Origin: the human T2T-CHM13v2.0 reference genome, Homo sapiens
Reading direction: 5' to 3' (one strand)
DNA length: 64,000 nucleotides
NCBI RefSeq assembly: GCF_009914755.1
Contig: NC_060939.1
Below the pieces are notes generated by a model. It did not search any database. It was not told the origin of the DNA and saw nothing but the letters and a program-made list of their open reading frames with translations. Below, in pieces: positions 1 through 17,469 of the stretch. Every line of letters starts with the position of its first letter. Position 1 is the stretch's first letter. The position numbers were made by a program, and so were the translations under genes.

Positions 1-114
1 AAAAAATGAGGCACAGACAGAGATAAACAACTGCAGGTTCCAGAGATAGTAAAGAGATTGTAGTGACTACAGGGGAGAAGAGGAAACAAAAGAAGGTTTA
101 GAAAGATAAGTAGT

Positions 115-2420
115 TTGCCAAGTTCATTCAATGGGAACAGAATAGTCTCTTTGAACAGATAGATGGTGCTGGGACAACTGGATAATCACATGCCAAAGAA
201 TGAAGTTGGACTCCTACCTCACACCATATACAAAAATTAACTCAAAATGGATCAACAACCTAAATATATGAGCTAAAACCATAAAACTCTTATAAGAAAA
301 CAGGGGTGAATCTTCATGACCCAATATTTGGCAATGGATTCTTAGATATGATGCCAAAAGCACAAGCAACAAAATAAAAAAAAAGATAAATTGGACTTCA
401 TCAAAATCTAAAACTCTTGCACATCAAAGGATATTCTCAAGAAGGTGAAAAGCTAACCTACAGAATGAGAGAAAACGTTTGGAAATCATATCTCTGATAA
501 GTGTTTAGTATCCAGAATATGTAAAGAATTCACACAAGTCAACAAAAAGAGAAACAGCCCAACTGAAAATGGGCAAAAGAGGTGGATAAACACTTCCCTA
601 AAGGAGATATACGAGTGGCCAATGAACATCTTTTCATATGCTTATGTGCTTAACATCACTAGTTATTAGGAAAACGCAAATCAAAGTCACAATGAGACAC
701 CACTTCACACCTACTAGGATGACTAGAATTAAAAAACAGAAAATAACAAGTGTTACTGAGGATGTGGAAAAACTGGAACCCTTGTGTACTGCTGGTGGAA
801 ACGTAAAATCATGCAACTTCTATGGAAAGCAGTTTGAAGGTTCTTCAAAAAGCTAAACACAGAATTATCATATGATCCAGCAATTCTACTCCTAGTTATA
901 TACCCAAAAGAACTGAAAGCAGGGGCTTGAGCAGATACTTGTAGGCCAATGTTCACTACACTATAGATTAGGCAATGGGTTTCTGTTTTTTGTTTTTTTT
1001 CTGAGATGGGTTCTCTTTTGCCCAGGCTGGAGTGCAGTGGCATGATCTTGGCTCACTGCAACTTCTGCCTCCTCCCAAGTTCAAATGATTCTTCCATCTC
1101 AGCCTCCCGAGTAGCTGGGGCTATAGGTGCGTGCCACCATGCCTAGCTAATTTTTGTATTTTTTGGTAGAGATGGGGTTTCGCCTTGTTGGCCAGGCTGG
1201 TCTCGAACTCGTGACATCGAGTGATCCACCCACCTTGGCCTCCCAGTGCTGGGATTACAGGTGTGAGTCACCATGCCTGGCTGGCAATGGTTTTTTAGAT
1301 ATGAGACTTCAAGCATAAGCAACAAAGAAAAAATTGGTAAGCTGGATTTCATCAAAATTTAAAACTTTATTTTAAAACTTTTTCTCCCCCTTTTTCATAG
1401 GCATTGACAAAATTTAAAACTTTCATGCTTTAAAGGACACCATTAAGAAAGTGAAAAGACAACCCACACAATGGGAGAAACTATTTGCAAATCAAATATT
1501 CAAAAAGGGACTTATATCCATAATATATAAAGAACACTAACAACTCAAGAACAAAAAGATAATGTGATTTAAAAAGTACAAAGGATCTAAATAAACTTTC
1601 TCCAAACAAAATATACAAATGGCCAATAAGCAGATGAAAAGATACTAAATGTCATTTGCCATCAGGGAAATACAAATCAAAACCACAATGAGATACCACC
1701 TCACACTCATTAGAAGGGCTATATTTAAAAAGACAGACAATAACATACATTAATGAGTATATAGAAAAACTGGAGCCCTCACAAATTTTTGGTGGGAATG
1801 TAAAAGGGGGCAGCCGCTTTGAAAACAACCTGACGGTTATTCAAAATGTTAAACTCAGAGTTACCAGGTGACCCAGCAATTCCATTCCTAGACATCCATC
1901 CAAAAGAAATGAAAACATAGGTCTGCACAAAACCTCATATGTGAATGTTCATAGCAGCATCATTCATAATAGCCAAAAAGGGGAAAAACCCAACATGTCC
2001 ATCAAATGATAAATGAATGAACAAAATGTTACATACCCCTACAATGGATATTATTTGGCAAGAAAAAGAAACAAAGTACTAACACAGGCTATAACATGGA
2101 TGAACTTTGAAAACCTTATGCTAACTGAAAGAAGCCAATCACAAAGATCACATATTACATAATTCAATTTATATGAAACATCCAGGACTGGCCAATGTAT
2201 AGAAACAGAAAGTAGATTAGTGGTTGCCAGGAGCTGGGGCTGGGGGCTGGAGATGCAGAATGTAAAACAGGGAGTGAATGCTGACAGGTATGGAATTCTT
2301 TTTGGCATGATGAAATGTGTGATAGTGGTTGTGTAACTGTGAAAATACTAAAACCCACTGAATTGTACATTTTTAAATGGTGAGTTTTATGGTACGTGAA
2401 TTATATCTCAGTAAAGCTGT
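115..2420 (+). mobile_element. Two consecutive L1M(B-like) ORF2/3' fragments (~115-960 and ~965-2420), with a minus-strand Alu at ~980-1281
   Basis: Typical L1 ORF2 3' motifs occur twice (ggcaatgg..ttagatatga..ttcatcaaaat at ~330 and ~1283). L1MB-like 3' end gaattatatctcagtaaagctgtt. Confidence 0.85.
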
Positions 2421-3047
2421 TATACTAAAACAAACAAAAAACAGGTGGTGCCCTATGCCCTATCACTGTGACTACAATTATAATATTTACCAGCACCTAC
2501 TATGTACCTGGACAGAACAGGCAGGCTAATATTTGTCACAGACTCTATTAGTATTAGGTACAGTATAATCTCATTTAATCTTCATTACAACCTTTAAAGA
2601 GGTAGTGTAATATTTACATTACTTACAAGCAAGCTGATGTCCAGAGATTAAATAACTTAGCCAAGATAATTTAACTAGTATGTGGCCAAGGCAGAATTGG
2701 AATTAAAGCTCTTAATTACTATAACATATTATTTCTGAGGGAAAAACAAACTTGTCCTTTATAACTAATGATTGTTGAAGGGTCAAGCAAAACAATTAAT
2801 ATAAGAGAATAAAATGTTATGCATATTCATTTTTACTCCAGATACGGTTCTACTTGGTGAGCAAAATATCACCTAGGGAATTATTAGTCTAACAGCTGTA
2901 TATACATGTTATACATGATACAATTTGCAATTTAAAATTTTCACACAAAAATTAGGCTAAAAAAGTCCTTTCTGTACGCTATTATTTGACTTCTATTTTC
3001 TTTAGATCATAAGCCAAAATAGGTAATGCTAATTAATTCTCACCCAT

Positions 3048-3315
3048 AATTTGTATAATTAATTGTATTTCTTAATGTTATATAAAGATATTACCTTATA
3101 TGTTTCTTAATGTTATATAAATATATTTTTTAAAATTATAATTTTAAAATATAATTACAATACATAAAATACAAAAAATAAAAATAAAATATTAAAAATA
3201 TAAAATATATAACATTAAGAAATATAATTATACAAATATTGTATTTTTTATTTTTTAATCAAAAGTATTAAATATTTGATTTTTAAAATATTTTAAATAT
3301 TTGATTTTTTAAAAA
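3048..3315. repeat. AT-rich low-complexity region with direct and inverted repeats
   Basis: tttcttaatgttatataaa at 3068 and 3103, with an inverted copy at 3206-3222. Confidence 0.8.
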
Positions 3316-3754
3316 CGAGATCGCCCCAGTAAGGAATATATTCACCAAACCACTTTGTCTGTGCTCTTGTGTCAGAATTACTACAGTATTCACCTACAAT
3401 AAGCTCATTCTGATTTCAGCTGAGAAAACAACTTCATGCGTACTCTGTAGGTTCCTAGAGTCTGTCAAAGGTGCGATTTTTACTGCACCTTATCCAAGGT
3501 ACAATAGTAGTGGTGAGCCACCCAGCTGTAGTACCTGCTGAGCCAGAGAGGCAGAGAAATGAGAGAGAAGGGGAACAGAAGCAGGACCCTGGCTTAGTTG
3601 TGCCCATAACCTGTGGATTGTCCCAAATCACATCTCTCTGGGACAGGCAACTTAAAAAGAATGCACCTGGCTTGTGTTACTCACATGGTAACAAAGAGGA
3701 GTCTGCCATATGTTTAATATTTTTATAATCTTTAGTTTTTTTCCCCCAAACTGA

Positions 3755-4051
3755 ATTTTTTTTTTTTTGAGACAGGGTCTTACTCTGCTGCCCAGGCTGA
3801 AGTGCAGTGGTGTAATCATGGCTCACTGAAGTCTCAATCTCCTGGGCCCACGTGACCCTCCTACCTCAGTCTCCCAAGTAGCTGGGACCACAGGCACACG
3901 TCACCAGACCCAGCTAATTTTTGTATTTTTTGTAGAGATGGGGTTTCACCATGTTGCTCAGGCTGGTCTCCTACTCCTGGACTCAAGTGATCCGCCTTTC
4001 CTCGGCCTTCCAAAGTACTGGGATTACAGGCATAAGCCATTGTGCCTGGCC
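3755..4051 (-). mobile_element. AluJ
   Basis: Diverged Alu dimer with the T-tail on the left. Confidence 0.88.
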
Positions 4052-4118
4052 TCCCAAACTGCATTTTTTAAGGAGTGATTAACTTCTCTACTTTTGTATT
4101 AATCAAATACATATATAA

Positions 4119-4440
<322 letters not shown>

Positions 4441-6171
4441 ATGTACTTCAGAACTTCTAAGCTGTAGGAGATAGTCATTGCCTTAACACAATTCTAGCTA
4501 AAAGAACATAAACATGATATCTTGGTCTGAAGTCTCTCTCTAGTCCAATGTGGGCTTCCTAAAATACCAAAAGGAGCCTGAGAACCTGAAACTGGAAGTC
4601 AGCTGACTAGATGATTTTTAAGGCCTCGTTCCACTTCACTGTCTTAGGACTCTTTCTCACTGAGAAACCTCCGTGTCCACACACATGCATAGTCTCATGC
4701 CAAACCTTGGAGCTGCCCTTAATGCAGGAGCACAATGTGTGTGACCCCATTCTATCAATAATGACTACAAAGAAGCTCCTGCCCCAAGGCAGGTGTCCAC
4801 TGGAAGAACACTGAAAATTTCCAACTGCTTAACAGTTTATCTTTTTATCATGAAAGCCCCCATGTGAGTTTTAATACATAGTACACAGGCAGACAGAAAA
4901 ATGTAACAAAATTACTTACAAGTTTATTAAAATATTCTCTTGAGGAAAAAAGGCAACCACAGTAGACATCTACTTGCAAACATGGATGAGGTTCAGAAAG
5001 TATTTAATTTTGCTTTTAAATAAAAATAATATTTACCCCCTATTCACACCAATAGTAAGAACTGAATTCTTACTACGTGAACAAAGTTATCATTACACAG
5101 AGAAAAAAAAATTCTCTTTTTCATACCAGCCCCCCTTCCCACTGGAACATCTTAGTGGGAAAATGACTGGCATTACTGTTTGTTCTTACACACTTGGGCC
5201 AGGCAACATGAGCAGCTGACCTACCTGAATCCCAAATACCAAATACAGAGCTTCAGGGTTACTGAAGAGGGGTAATGTTTTTCCCAAGCCAAAATCTAAG
5301 CTCTTTGGCGGGGGCCTTCTGAGGGGAAGTATGCCCAACACTGAGCCAGAGCAAGAGCCCCATCCTAGTCTTTGCATGCAGTCTGAGCCATCACGGAGTA
5401 ATCGGCTCAAGGGTCCTATTTCCATCCTTCACTGAGCATGAACATACTTCAAAGTACAAATGTACTCTCCAAGCACACTCACTAGGTTCCTCTAGATCAT
5501 ATGCAGTGCTGGTGAAGTCACAGAAATGGGCCAGTCCTCTTGCTGAGGGAACCACCTGTAGCTCTGTTCTCAGGCTGAAGCCTCTCCACTAAGGCCCATA
5601 GCCCCTCGCTGTGGTTCTACATGAGGGGTTCCTCACCCCAGCAAACCCACTTCTCCTAGGGTTGGATGCTATTTTCAGAGTGTCAATTCCTGCATAAGTG
5701 ATTTCTGCATAAGATAACCTAGAAACGTGTAGGCAGACCCAGGGAAAAGAAGAGACCAGGCCACGCATGAGTCATGACCTTTAAATGTAGCCAAATGAGT
5801 ATCAGGTGCTCATCACCTGTAATTCACTAATTAATATCATGAAAGTAATTTTTCTCATGGGAAGGTCAAATATGGAGGTGACGGCAAGAGAGAAGGAACA
5901 CTCAAAAGTGAAGAGTGTGAGGAGTGAGAAATAAGTGCTCTCCCTACACTCGTCAGCTAAGGAAGGCCATTAACCCACAAACACAGCAAGCAGAGCATTC
6001 CTATTGAGACAGATAAGCTGGATATGGGTGCCTACTCTCCCCTGAAAAGCTCTAGCATTCTTGGCAAATCCCTGAATAAGGGGGTTTGATGTTAATTTCT
6101 TTAGGGTACCTGCCAAATATGATTCCAGGTTATAAATTACTTGAATCACTTCACATTGTGCATTAACTTAG

Positions 6172-6506
<335 letters not shown>

Positions 6507-6754
6507 GCCATGTGGATATTTTAAAGACAATTTGGACTCTTTCTTAAAAGGAAAGTTATAATGCTCTATATAAACAACACATATCTACTCTTAGAGCAAC
6601 TTAACTTTAAGTAGGTCAAAATTGTGTACATATATTAACAGTATACATACAAACACAGACACACAAACACACAATGTTTTCTTTTAATAGCTTCATCCCT
6701 AACCATTTCTGAGAGTTTCTCGGATGACAATCTAGATAATAGCAATTTCTCTCA

Positions 6755-6892
<138 letters not shown>

Positions 6893-7229
6893 TCACACAG
6901 ACTGATAGTTCTATTTTAACTTCCCTTACAATATATTAATATTCTTAAAATGTCTACCAAATAAGATTTGAGGCATCTGTGTCAACACTGTAAATTTATT
7001 AGAAATTTCCAGGTTGGAATGTAATAAAATTCTCTCTTACCCACATCTAGCCCATCTCAGTATTAAAGAGTTTAAAATCATTATTTTTTAAAAGTTCTTC
7101 TTTTGACTTACAAAAAAAATATTTGATTTTAGGTGAAAAAGTAACAAATCTATACCCAAATCCACAGCCTTTGTAGTGCAAATTATTTTGTCCTTCATTT
7201 ATTATTTTAAAATTATTATTCTGGAGGAC

Positions 7230-7894
<665 letters not shown>

Positions 7895-8038
7895 TCAGCC
7901 TGTTAGTAAGGGACGTTAAACAGCTTTAAGTCCTTATGTACATAGCAAATAGATTAATAAAAGAAGCAAATTACTTATATCTCTTATAAAAGCTGTCAAA
8001 CATTTCTCTTATTTGCTATAAAAATATTCTTAAATGCA

Positions 8039-8457
8039 GGCCAGGCATGGTAACTCATACCTATAATCCCAGCACTTTGGGAGGTGGAAGTGGGAGGATC
8101 ACTTCAGCCCAGGCGTTCAAGACCAGCCTGCGCAACACAGGGAGACCCCATCTCTACAATAAAAAATAAAAGCTTATGCCTGTAATCCCAGCACTTTGAG
8201 AGGCTGAGGCAGGCGGATCACTTGAGGTCAGGAGTTCGAGACCAGCCTGGCCAATATGGTGAAACCCCACCTCTACTAAACACACAAAAATTAGCCAGGT
8301 GTGGTGGTGCGCACCTGTACTCCCAGCTGTTTGGGAGGCTCAGACAGGAGAATCGCTCAACTCTGGGAGGTGGAGGTTGCAGTGAGCCAAGATTGTGCAC
8401 CGTATGTTAGCATGGGTGACAGAGTGAGACTCTGTCTCAAAAAAAAAAAAAAAAAAA
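8039..8457 (+). mobile_element. Alu left monomer (8039-8170) followed by AluS (8172-8457)
   Basis: Alu consensus similarity and A-tails. Confidence 0.85.
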
Positions 8458-9113
8458 GGAAAAGCTATCATTCAAATCATTCTTTTATTAATATCAGATA
8501 GTTTATCAGTACAAATAGTTTGGTATTCCCCACAGATGCTTCTAACACCACTGCAGTTAGACTCTAATGTAGTATTATTTTAATAGATTGTGGACTAAAA
8601 ATAATTCAAATCTCTAGAAGTAAAATTAAGTTTCTACCTACCTGGCATTGTATGTTGTGAAAACAGCTGGTATTAAAAAATACATTAAGTATTTTGATGT
8701 AGCCTGACTTAAAATACAGGCTACAGGATATCCAACATCTGTGTATTTCCCTTAGAGGGGTTCCTCAGAGAGATGTGCAGAAGATGCCAGAATGTCTAAG
8801 ATTGGAACATGGTATAGTCCAGGTAACTGCTAATCCAGAGAAACATGCTACACACATTAAGATGCATAGTCAGAGACAATAAACAAGTTTCAAACGTGAG
8901 CCTCAAATCCAAAGGCACAAGAACAAACATTCTGAATTGCAGGTGTTGATTTGCATTGGCGTGTTTCTCTTTTGGGAATGTGTAACCTGCTTCACGGCGA
9001 TAAGCAGAGATTTGTTTAGTTATTGATGGTAAATTATTCTTCTAGAGGCCACTTAGTCAGACATCTGGGAGTTTAATCATCCGAAAGCTTTTTCATTATA
9101 CTATATAACAATT

Positions 9114-9424
9114 GTTATTATCATTATTACTTTGAGACAGGGTCTCATTGTGTTGCTCAGGCTGGAGTGCAGTGGTACAATCAGCTCACAGAAGCCTTGA
9201 TCTCCTGGGCTCAAGTGATCCTCCCACCTCAGCCTCCTGAGTAGCTGGGACCACAGGGGTGTACCACCATGCTCAGATAATTCTTTCATTTTTTGGAGAG
9301 ATGGGGTTCTCACTGTGTTGCCCAGGCCACTCTCCAACTCCTGGACTCAAGTGATCCTCCTGCCTTGGCCTCCCAAAGCGCTGGGATTACAGTGCCTTGG
9401 GATTACAGTGCCACTATGCCTGCC
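9114..9424 (-). mobile_element. AluJ
   Basis: Diverged Alu with a 16-nt internal tandem duplication tgggattacagtgcc near 9382-9413. Confidence 0.85.
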
Positions 9425-9651
9425 TTAAAAGTTATTTTTAAAGAGAGAGCATATAACTGTGGGCAAGGAACCACTACAGTATTTAACAAAAAAGATGTGG
9501 GGCTGGTTATTGTTCTTCAGATTATTAAAATAATATTCCTAAATAATCAATTGTAAAGAACTATGATAAAGTCTTGCTTGTATCCAAAGCTCTCTCAATA
9601 GCTCCTCACAAGCTCAAGTTCTTCCTCCTTACTAAGCTTTGAAATGCATAG

Positions 9652-9968
<317 letters not shown>

Positions 9969-10929
9969 TCAACCATATTACTGTGTATTAGTTCAGAAAG
10001 TGCTTTCATTAGATTCATTTGATTTAACAATCAAATCTTGAATTCCTTCAACTAAACCAGGATTCTAATTAAAATTGCAGCTTGCAGGGAATGCAACTGT
10101 CAGATTTAAACCATTCTAATATCCCATTTTAGAACTAAAGACTGTCTCCTATGCAGATAATGGGGCTATGACAACACAGGACGACACAGACAACAGGATA
10201 AGACAGTGACAACAAGGGCTATATCTTTTTAAGCATTCCCAGCTTCTAGTACAAGGAATGGTCTTAATAAACATCTGTTGACTAGATGGAGATACAAAGT
10301 CTTGGCTGACCCCCAACACCAGTCTCCTTACTTCAACTGTTCCCTATTTGCTCTGACGTACACTACCTAGTGTCTCTCCCACAATTCAGCCCTGTTGGCA
10401 TGGGGTGAGAATTTTCACTGGTATCTTCTTGACAGGCAGAATCTTTTATTTTTAGAGAAGCAGAATTCTAGCTATGTCTGAACTGGTCTGGCTAAAAATA
10501 TACTTTAAGGCTGCTGGTGTTGGAGTTTCTTTCTTTTATTTATTTATTTTTTCTTAATGCAGCAATCACATTTTCCCCATTGGCACTGCTGTTTTCATAG
10601 TTCAGTAAAGAAACCTACCATCCAACTGTAAAATCTGACTGGTTTTGGGCCAGTTCATTTAGAAGCTACAAAGAGGTAGTGCATGCATTTCAAATTAGAA
10701 GAAGTTAAGCCTGTTAAAAGTTTTATAATCTTTTATATCAAGCTTCCATCTGAATGGATAAATGCAGGAATGTCAGAGGCATCTCTGACTTCATGAAAGG
10801 TAAGTTCATAATTCAAACTATATATTATTATGCATGAATTAATGTGTCATATTCTGAAATATATGTTCAGAATCATTACACAGGACTTTCAGAGTAGTCC
10901 AAGTAGCAAGTTAAAATCAAGTGTTTCCT

Positions 10930-11772
<843 letters not shown>

Positions 11773-12341
11773 CCATACTTATTGCACTTTTGATAATTAC
11801 TGAGATACTGAGATATTAAGATGGCCTGATGCTCCAACCCAAAATGTGTTGGTTATACTTTGATAACAACCCAAGAAGTGGGGCCCTGCTGATATATGAG
11901 ATTGTGAGGGTTACAGGACCAAAGTGAAGCAGACAGAGAGAGAATCAGGGATCAAAACCTCAAAAATAAGTTACACGTTCAGAACCTCATCAAATTGTTT
12001 AAGTCTGATATTTTCTATCCACAGATTGTGATAGCTGAAGGGCAACTTAGTGATCATCATTCAATACCCACTATTTAGTAGACAAAGAAACTGAGTTTGC
12101 AGACAGCACTCATCATGCATTAAGTTAGCAGTGGAGCTATAACTCAGGTTCAGGCCTCTTTCCATGACACAGCACTGCCTCTGTGACCAATAATTTTTAA
12201 GGCAGTGAACGGTAGCTTTTATTTCTTTCAGTTCCCAGATCTACGTTAGTGTGAATGGCTTGACTACATGCATTGTAACTACATGGAAACATACAAGGTA
12301 AGCCAAATCCTAAAATGTGGAAACGTTTTCTTTTAACATCA

Positions 12342-12437
<96 letters not shown>

Positions 12438-13006
12438 TCACATTATTAATATGTATTTATATTATATAATACTTTCCAAAGTGTTTGCTGTTAGCAATTT
12501 AAGTCTTAGGCAAAAGATATGTTAAATAAAATAGAGGCAAAATGTATTGCTTAAATTATGCTTTTCTTTTTCTCTGATCTCCTTAACCTACAGTTCTCTT
12601 TTTCCTATGAATTCCTATAGCAATGGTAGTAAAATAAATATGTGGATAATGAGGATTACTGAACATTTACTATGTGCCAGACACAGTGTTAAGCATTTTA
12701 CATCAAGTGTCTCAATCTCACAATTACCTGTGAGGTAGCATTTTTCATCTGTGGCACTCACTTGAAAATCACTGCACAACCCATACATGCTGTACATACC
12801 CATTAAAAATTAACAACATACACACATTGTATATTAACATATAAACACATATACTCAAATATATTAAAATAATTTTTGACTTAGTTGTTTGGCTTAGTTG
12901 TTCGCCTTATCACAAAAGGATATTTGTTAAAATGGTAATTAGGATATGTTTATTAAACTTTGTATTTAGAAAAACCAGAAATACAAATTACTATCAAGAG
13001 ATTTTA

Positions 13007-13044
13007 AACACACACACGTACACATACACACACACACACACACA
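13007..13044. repeat. Imperfect (CA)n microsatellite
   Basis: acacacacacgtacacatacacacacacacacacaca. Confidence 0.9.
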
Positions 13045-14301
13045 TTCTCTCTGAATAAAAAATAACAAACTTCTCAAAGGTATGGGCTGAACCTTTGTGT
13101 TTCCAGAGCCTAACAAAAAGGCCTCCATACCATAGTTTTTTGGTAAATGTTGATGATATTTGTACCTCTTCCTGCCCCTCTGCCCTCAATAATTACAAAG
13201 GGAATGATGACTGACACTGTTCTGTCTCCTTATCTAAAATTTTTACAGTGCCTTTGTTTGAAAATAAAAACACACTTCCATTATGAAAAACTTTAAGCAC
13301 TTTAATAAGTGCTTAATTAGAAGAGCTTACCTGCTTCATTCTGTTTACCAGGTATGATTAAAGCTTCACTTGAAAACCTTTTCCCACAGAAAAACTGAAC
13401 AAACAAGTCCTGGCCTGGGTAGGAGGTATAACTACCATGTAACCAGACTGACACTAAGGTTTTGTCACAACTGACAGTAAAGTCTCTCCTCAATATGAAT
13501 AATATGTGGAAGGCACTGAAGGTGGTTCTGTTATACTTACTTTTATTACAGGGCAGATACTTCAAAAGCCAATGACAGTGTCAAGGTGGTCCCACCTTGT
13601 TTTCTGCACTGCTTATGATCTCATTTAACAATTGCTCAATCCAAAATAAGAGAGCATTTCAACTAGGATCTGAAAATAATGTTATTACCTCCTAATGTCA
13701 TGATTTTTCATAGCACCTAATTGTATATGGCCACATACAAGTCAATTCACCTCTCAGGGGCTCACTTTTTCCAATTGTAAACAGAAGAGGTACACCTCCA
13801 GCACTGGTGCTTGTAAAGAAAGCTCCCCAGGATACTCTGATGTATAGCCAGAGCTGGAGAACCACTACAATAAGTGATCCCTCAGCTCTTTGGCAGCCTG
13901 AATCTGACAACTGTCTAGCCCCCTGCAGTACTCCCTGATCTTTACAAGCATAAAGTGTCCAACTGCTCCTAGAGCAGCACCATGTAACCTGGAAAAGGAA
14001 ACAATCTAGTCCCCAAAGTGAGTTAATCATCTAAAAATGAGATGAGCTTGTTTTTTGAATCAACTTGTTCTATAGTTACCAAAAGCCTGAAGACAAGAAC
14101 AATTTGGCGTAATAAGACTGTGTCTTAGGGTGGGGAGGAATGCTGCAGAAAGTATGGATGAGGATAAAAAGCAATTGCATGCTCTGTGATTCTACCTTCA
14201 ATGTATCCAGTGTGTCAATTGTGACCCTACATAGTCGGACAATGCAAGGAGGCCCTGACATCATACTGTCTCTCAGACATGGACACTTGCATAAGTAGTA
14301 A

Positions 14302-14652
<351 letters not shown>

Positions 14653-16029
14653 CTTCAATAGGTAATTTTAAGGTCACCTCAGTTTATTCTGACTAGCATT
14701 TCATTCATAAAGGGACATTTGTTAAACTGTTAATCAAAATATACTAACATTCATATTCAGAAAAACCCGGCAAACAAATTCTAACATAAAGATTTTTAAA
14801 GCAAGCTATTTAGCTAGACACCACTCTTTTAGGTATATTCTCAAAGCAAGCATTGGAAAAGACCAGTAGTCCTGTAAACGAGTCTTTCTGTCATACATGT
14901 CTACAGCAAATTCAAGTCTTAAAAGCTCCATGTGCATTATAAAATGCTAATAAAAATGTTGATTCACTCTGGCAGTAAACATAAACATAATATAAATGAA
15001 ATTACTTAAAACCCCCTGTGTCCCCAAAAATGAATTCCATTGACTTTAACCATAAGTGTCACTAAGGAAATAAGAGATTCTGGGCCAAAACAAACTGAAG
15101 GCAGTTGCTCCAGGGCCATTTCTACCTTTCTGATCACAATAAATGGTCCAAATGGATCCACATGACCAACAGGACTTTATTTTACTGTCTTGCAAACATG
15201 GTCCTCTGAATAAACATAAAAGCACTGAAACAATAACCCAGAACAAGTATAGGGATTTTGGCGGCTGCTCTGAGGCTCTGATAGCTCTCTCAGGAAGAGA
15301 GGCTTTTTCCCTCCTTTTTAAAAAACATGTACAGGCAATTAGACTAATATCTTAGTCTAATTCCTCATGGTTCAGAAAGCATTTTTGTATTTCAATAATA
15401 ATAATAATTAGTATACACAAAACTCTCTACAGATGCTAATTTATGGGGCACTTCAGATGCTGCTTCACAACATAACAAGACAATCCCTTCCCTGAGGCAC
15501 TTTCCTTCTAAATCAGATAGTAAGACCATTTGGAGAGAAAGTGAGAGATGTTGCCAGGGAGTACAGCAATTAAGGGTTATACAAGGCGTGGCGGGGCACG
15601 GTGGGGATTAAAGGAACCAACAGAAACAGAAAGAAGGAGGGAGAGTCCTAGAGATAGGCCTCGTGGCTTTAGAATCTAGAAGAGTGAGAATTTAGAAGAG
15701 AATGGATCAACCCCAGGTGGCTGATAGCAGTCTGAGTTGATCACTCTGTGATGCCAAGAATAGGGGCTGTGCGGAGAAGTAAAGCCACAGGATGGGAAGA
15801 GGACCAGAGCTTATTCTGAAATATAGAGAAGGGATAGCACTTAACCTTAACACAAACAAGTACTGGCAGAAAAAAGCACAAATACCTCTTCCTTTGCCAA
15901 AACCTATAGACTCATTCAAAGAACTCAGGGGCTGAGGTCTAAACTAGTTACAGTGGGCTGAGATAGAAAGGGCAGCAGGACTGAGAAACTGTTGCATCTG
16001 ATGCGGTTTAACAGGTTTACCGTATCACT

Positions 16030-16190
16030 GTGGTTAAGAACCTAGGCTCTGTAGCCTCATTGCCTCCATTCAAATCCCACCTCTGCCATCTGATAGCTGC
16101 ATGACCATGGGCCATTCATGTAACCTCTCTATGCCTCAGACTGCTCATCCAAAACACTGGAATTATAAGAACTCCTGCTTTATAGGGTTA
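16030..16190 (+). mobile_element. MIR
   Basis: gtggttaaga..ggctctg..ttcaaatcccacctctgcca..tgaccatgggc..taacctctctatgcctcag matches the MIR core. Confidence 0.75.
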
Positions 16191-17299
16191 CTGTTGAGGC
16201 TCGTCCTTAGCATAGTATCAGATTTCCCAAGACACATTGATGTGTCACTCACGGGTTGAGGTTTATTCAAATATTGATTTTCTCAGCCCACTAGGTGGCC
16301 AGGTGGGCTCCTGAGGTAGCCTCAGGACTACCATGTACAGCTGAGCAGGCTGCACACTGAATAACTCTGAAGGAGGGCACCACTCTTAACAGTCACTATA
16401 GCCCTGCATTTTTATTACAATAACTTTCCAACAGATGGCAGTAAAGTAACTTGAGACACCAGTACTTTATAATTTGTACAAAAGAGTTGTGTGGACTTGA
16501 AGTACTGGGTGGCCAGAATCCCCTGTGGTACAAATATTCTAACTGTCTAAGTGTACCATAATAGGAAAGAGTTGAGCAGCACTGGGTAACTGATTTTACT
16601 GTTGTTGATATTCTTACTGTACCTTACAGGTAATATAAACATGACTAATTCTCTGTGCCCTGTCCTCAAGAAGCTCACAGTCTAACAATTACAGGTTACG
16701 GCAAGGTCACAAAAATCTGTAATCCAATAAAGGAAAATGGAAAAGAGGTGTGATAGAGCTACAGTCTCTCATCAGCCCCTCACTTTCCTACCTGCCACTG
16801 AGAAGTGGAAAAGCCGTTAGGAGCAGAAAACAGATTAGGGGACAATATCTTTACCTTCTGACAAACAGGGGCCCACTTTTGCCATCTATCCCCATCTGTT
16901 CCTGCTCCCTTAAGTCCTTTAGACAAAACAAGCTTTTAAAGCAGGTTTTAATGGTCCTGGCTTAATGATAAAACTGCATGTCTGAGAATTAGAGGGATGA
17001 TTGGAATGAAATCTTCAGACTTTTACAGAAATCTAACCAACCTGTGGATTCAACATGGCTAGTGTTCTCTGGTGGATGATTAGGTTTTTGGCTGCTTTCT
17101 TCAGAAAGTAAGTATATACTAACATCACTCCTGCTTTACCCAAAACACGTGCCCAAACCTGGAATTCTAAGATGTATTATCTGAGCTCTGCTTTTCCAGA
17201 ATTTCATGTAGAAGCTAAGGGGAAAACTGTCCTCTGCTACATTGCATTTTCGCTCATCACTGTTAAGCCCCAAACAGAGTTATTCGATACATCTATACT

Positions 17300-17469
17300 T
17301 ATATATCTTGTAAGCCACATATTTAATGTTAAATTTTCTAGTGGCCACATTAAAGTAAAAATAAACAGGTAAAATTAATTTTTAATAATGTAATCTCAGG
17401 TCAGACTAACTATATTTCAAGTACCCAATAATCACATGTGGCTTAGAGGTTATCATACTGGGCAGCACA
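17300..17469. mobile_element. MER3/MER33-like hAT MITE
   Basis: aaattttctagtggccacattaaa...cacatgtggct..atactgggcagcaca. Confidence 0.65.
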
